Below, in pieces: positions 63,847 through 64,000 of a DNA stretch of 64,000 bases (position 1 is the first letter of the stretch; each line of letters begins with the position of its first letter). The stretch is from contig JBHGNT010000003.1 of the NCBI GenBank assembly GCA_043228905.1, forward strand, positions 22,878,001 to 22,942,000, written 5' to 3'. The position numbers and the translations under genes were made by a program. The stretch is from Azolla caroliniana. Lineage: Eukaryota > Plantae > Polypodiophyta. The notes under the pieces are model-generated. The model saw only the letters and a list, made by a program, of their open reading frames with translations, did not search any database and was not told the DNA's origin.

Positions 63847-64000
63847 ACAATAAGCCATAACCATTCAATCGAATAATAAGTCTGGTAAAGCCGTCTACTC
63901 AGGATTAGCTCTTTCATCAGGATTGTCCTCATTGGCTTCGTCAGTACGCTAAGTTGAATTGTTAGTATGTTTAGACTCTGAAACGTCTTCTAATTCAACA

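Overview
Eukaryotic land-plant genomic DNA. A non-seed plant such as a fern or lycophyte is plausible from the retroelement types, but this is inference only. Two host genes lie on the + strand: the last nine coding exons of ARP2 (734-3396) and an intact two-exon class II LBD transcription factor (9959-12840). From about 21.3 to 55.9 kb the window is a nest of LTR retrotransposons: (i) three degenerate copies of a chromodomain-bearing Tf1/sushi/Tcn1-type Ty3/Gypsy, two of them in an LTR-sharing tandem, with signatures of self-priming and -1 frameshifting; (ii) an old non-chromovirus Gypsy with an extra 3' ORF, into which a tRNA-Trp-primed non-autonomous element and a very young Ty1/Copia have inserted; (iii) a decayed Copia. 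A segmental duplication repeats part of the LBD gene and its downstream flank (about 12.2-18.7 kb) at about 48.5-60.7 kb and partly again at 61.6-63.4 kb, carrying an orphan ORF family. The most unexpected signal is absent from the ORF track: an intron-split, pseudogenised C-terminal fragment of a prokaryote-type amino (N4-cytosine/N6-adenine) DNA methyltransferase at 61123-61629 (-), next to a hairpin-bounded junction. All alignments were done by eye and no database searches were run.
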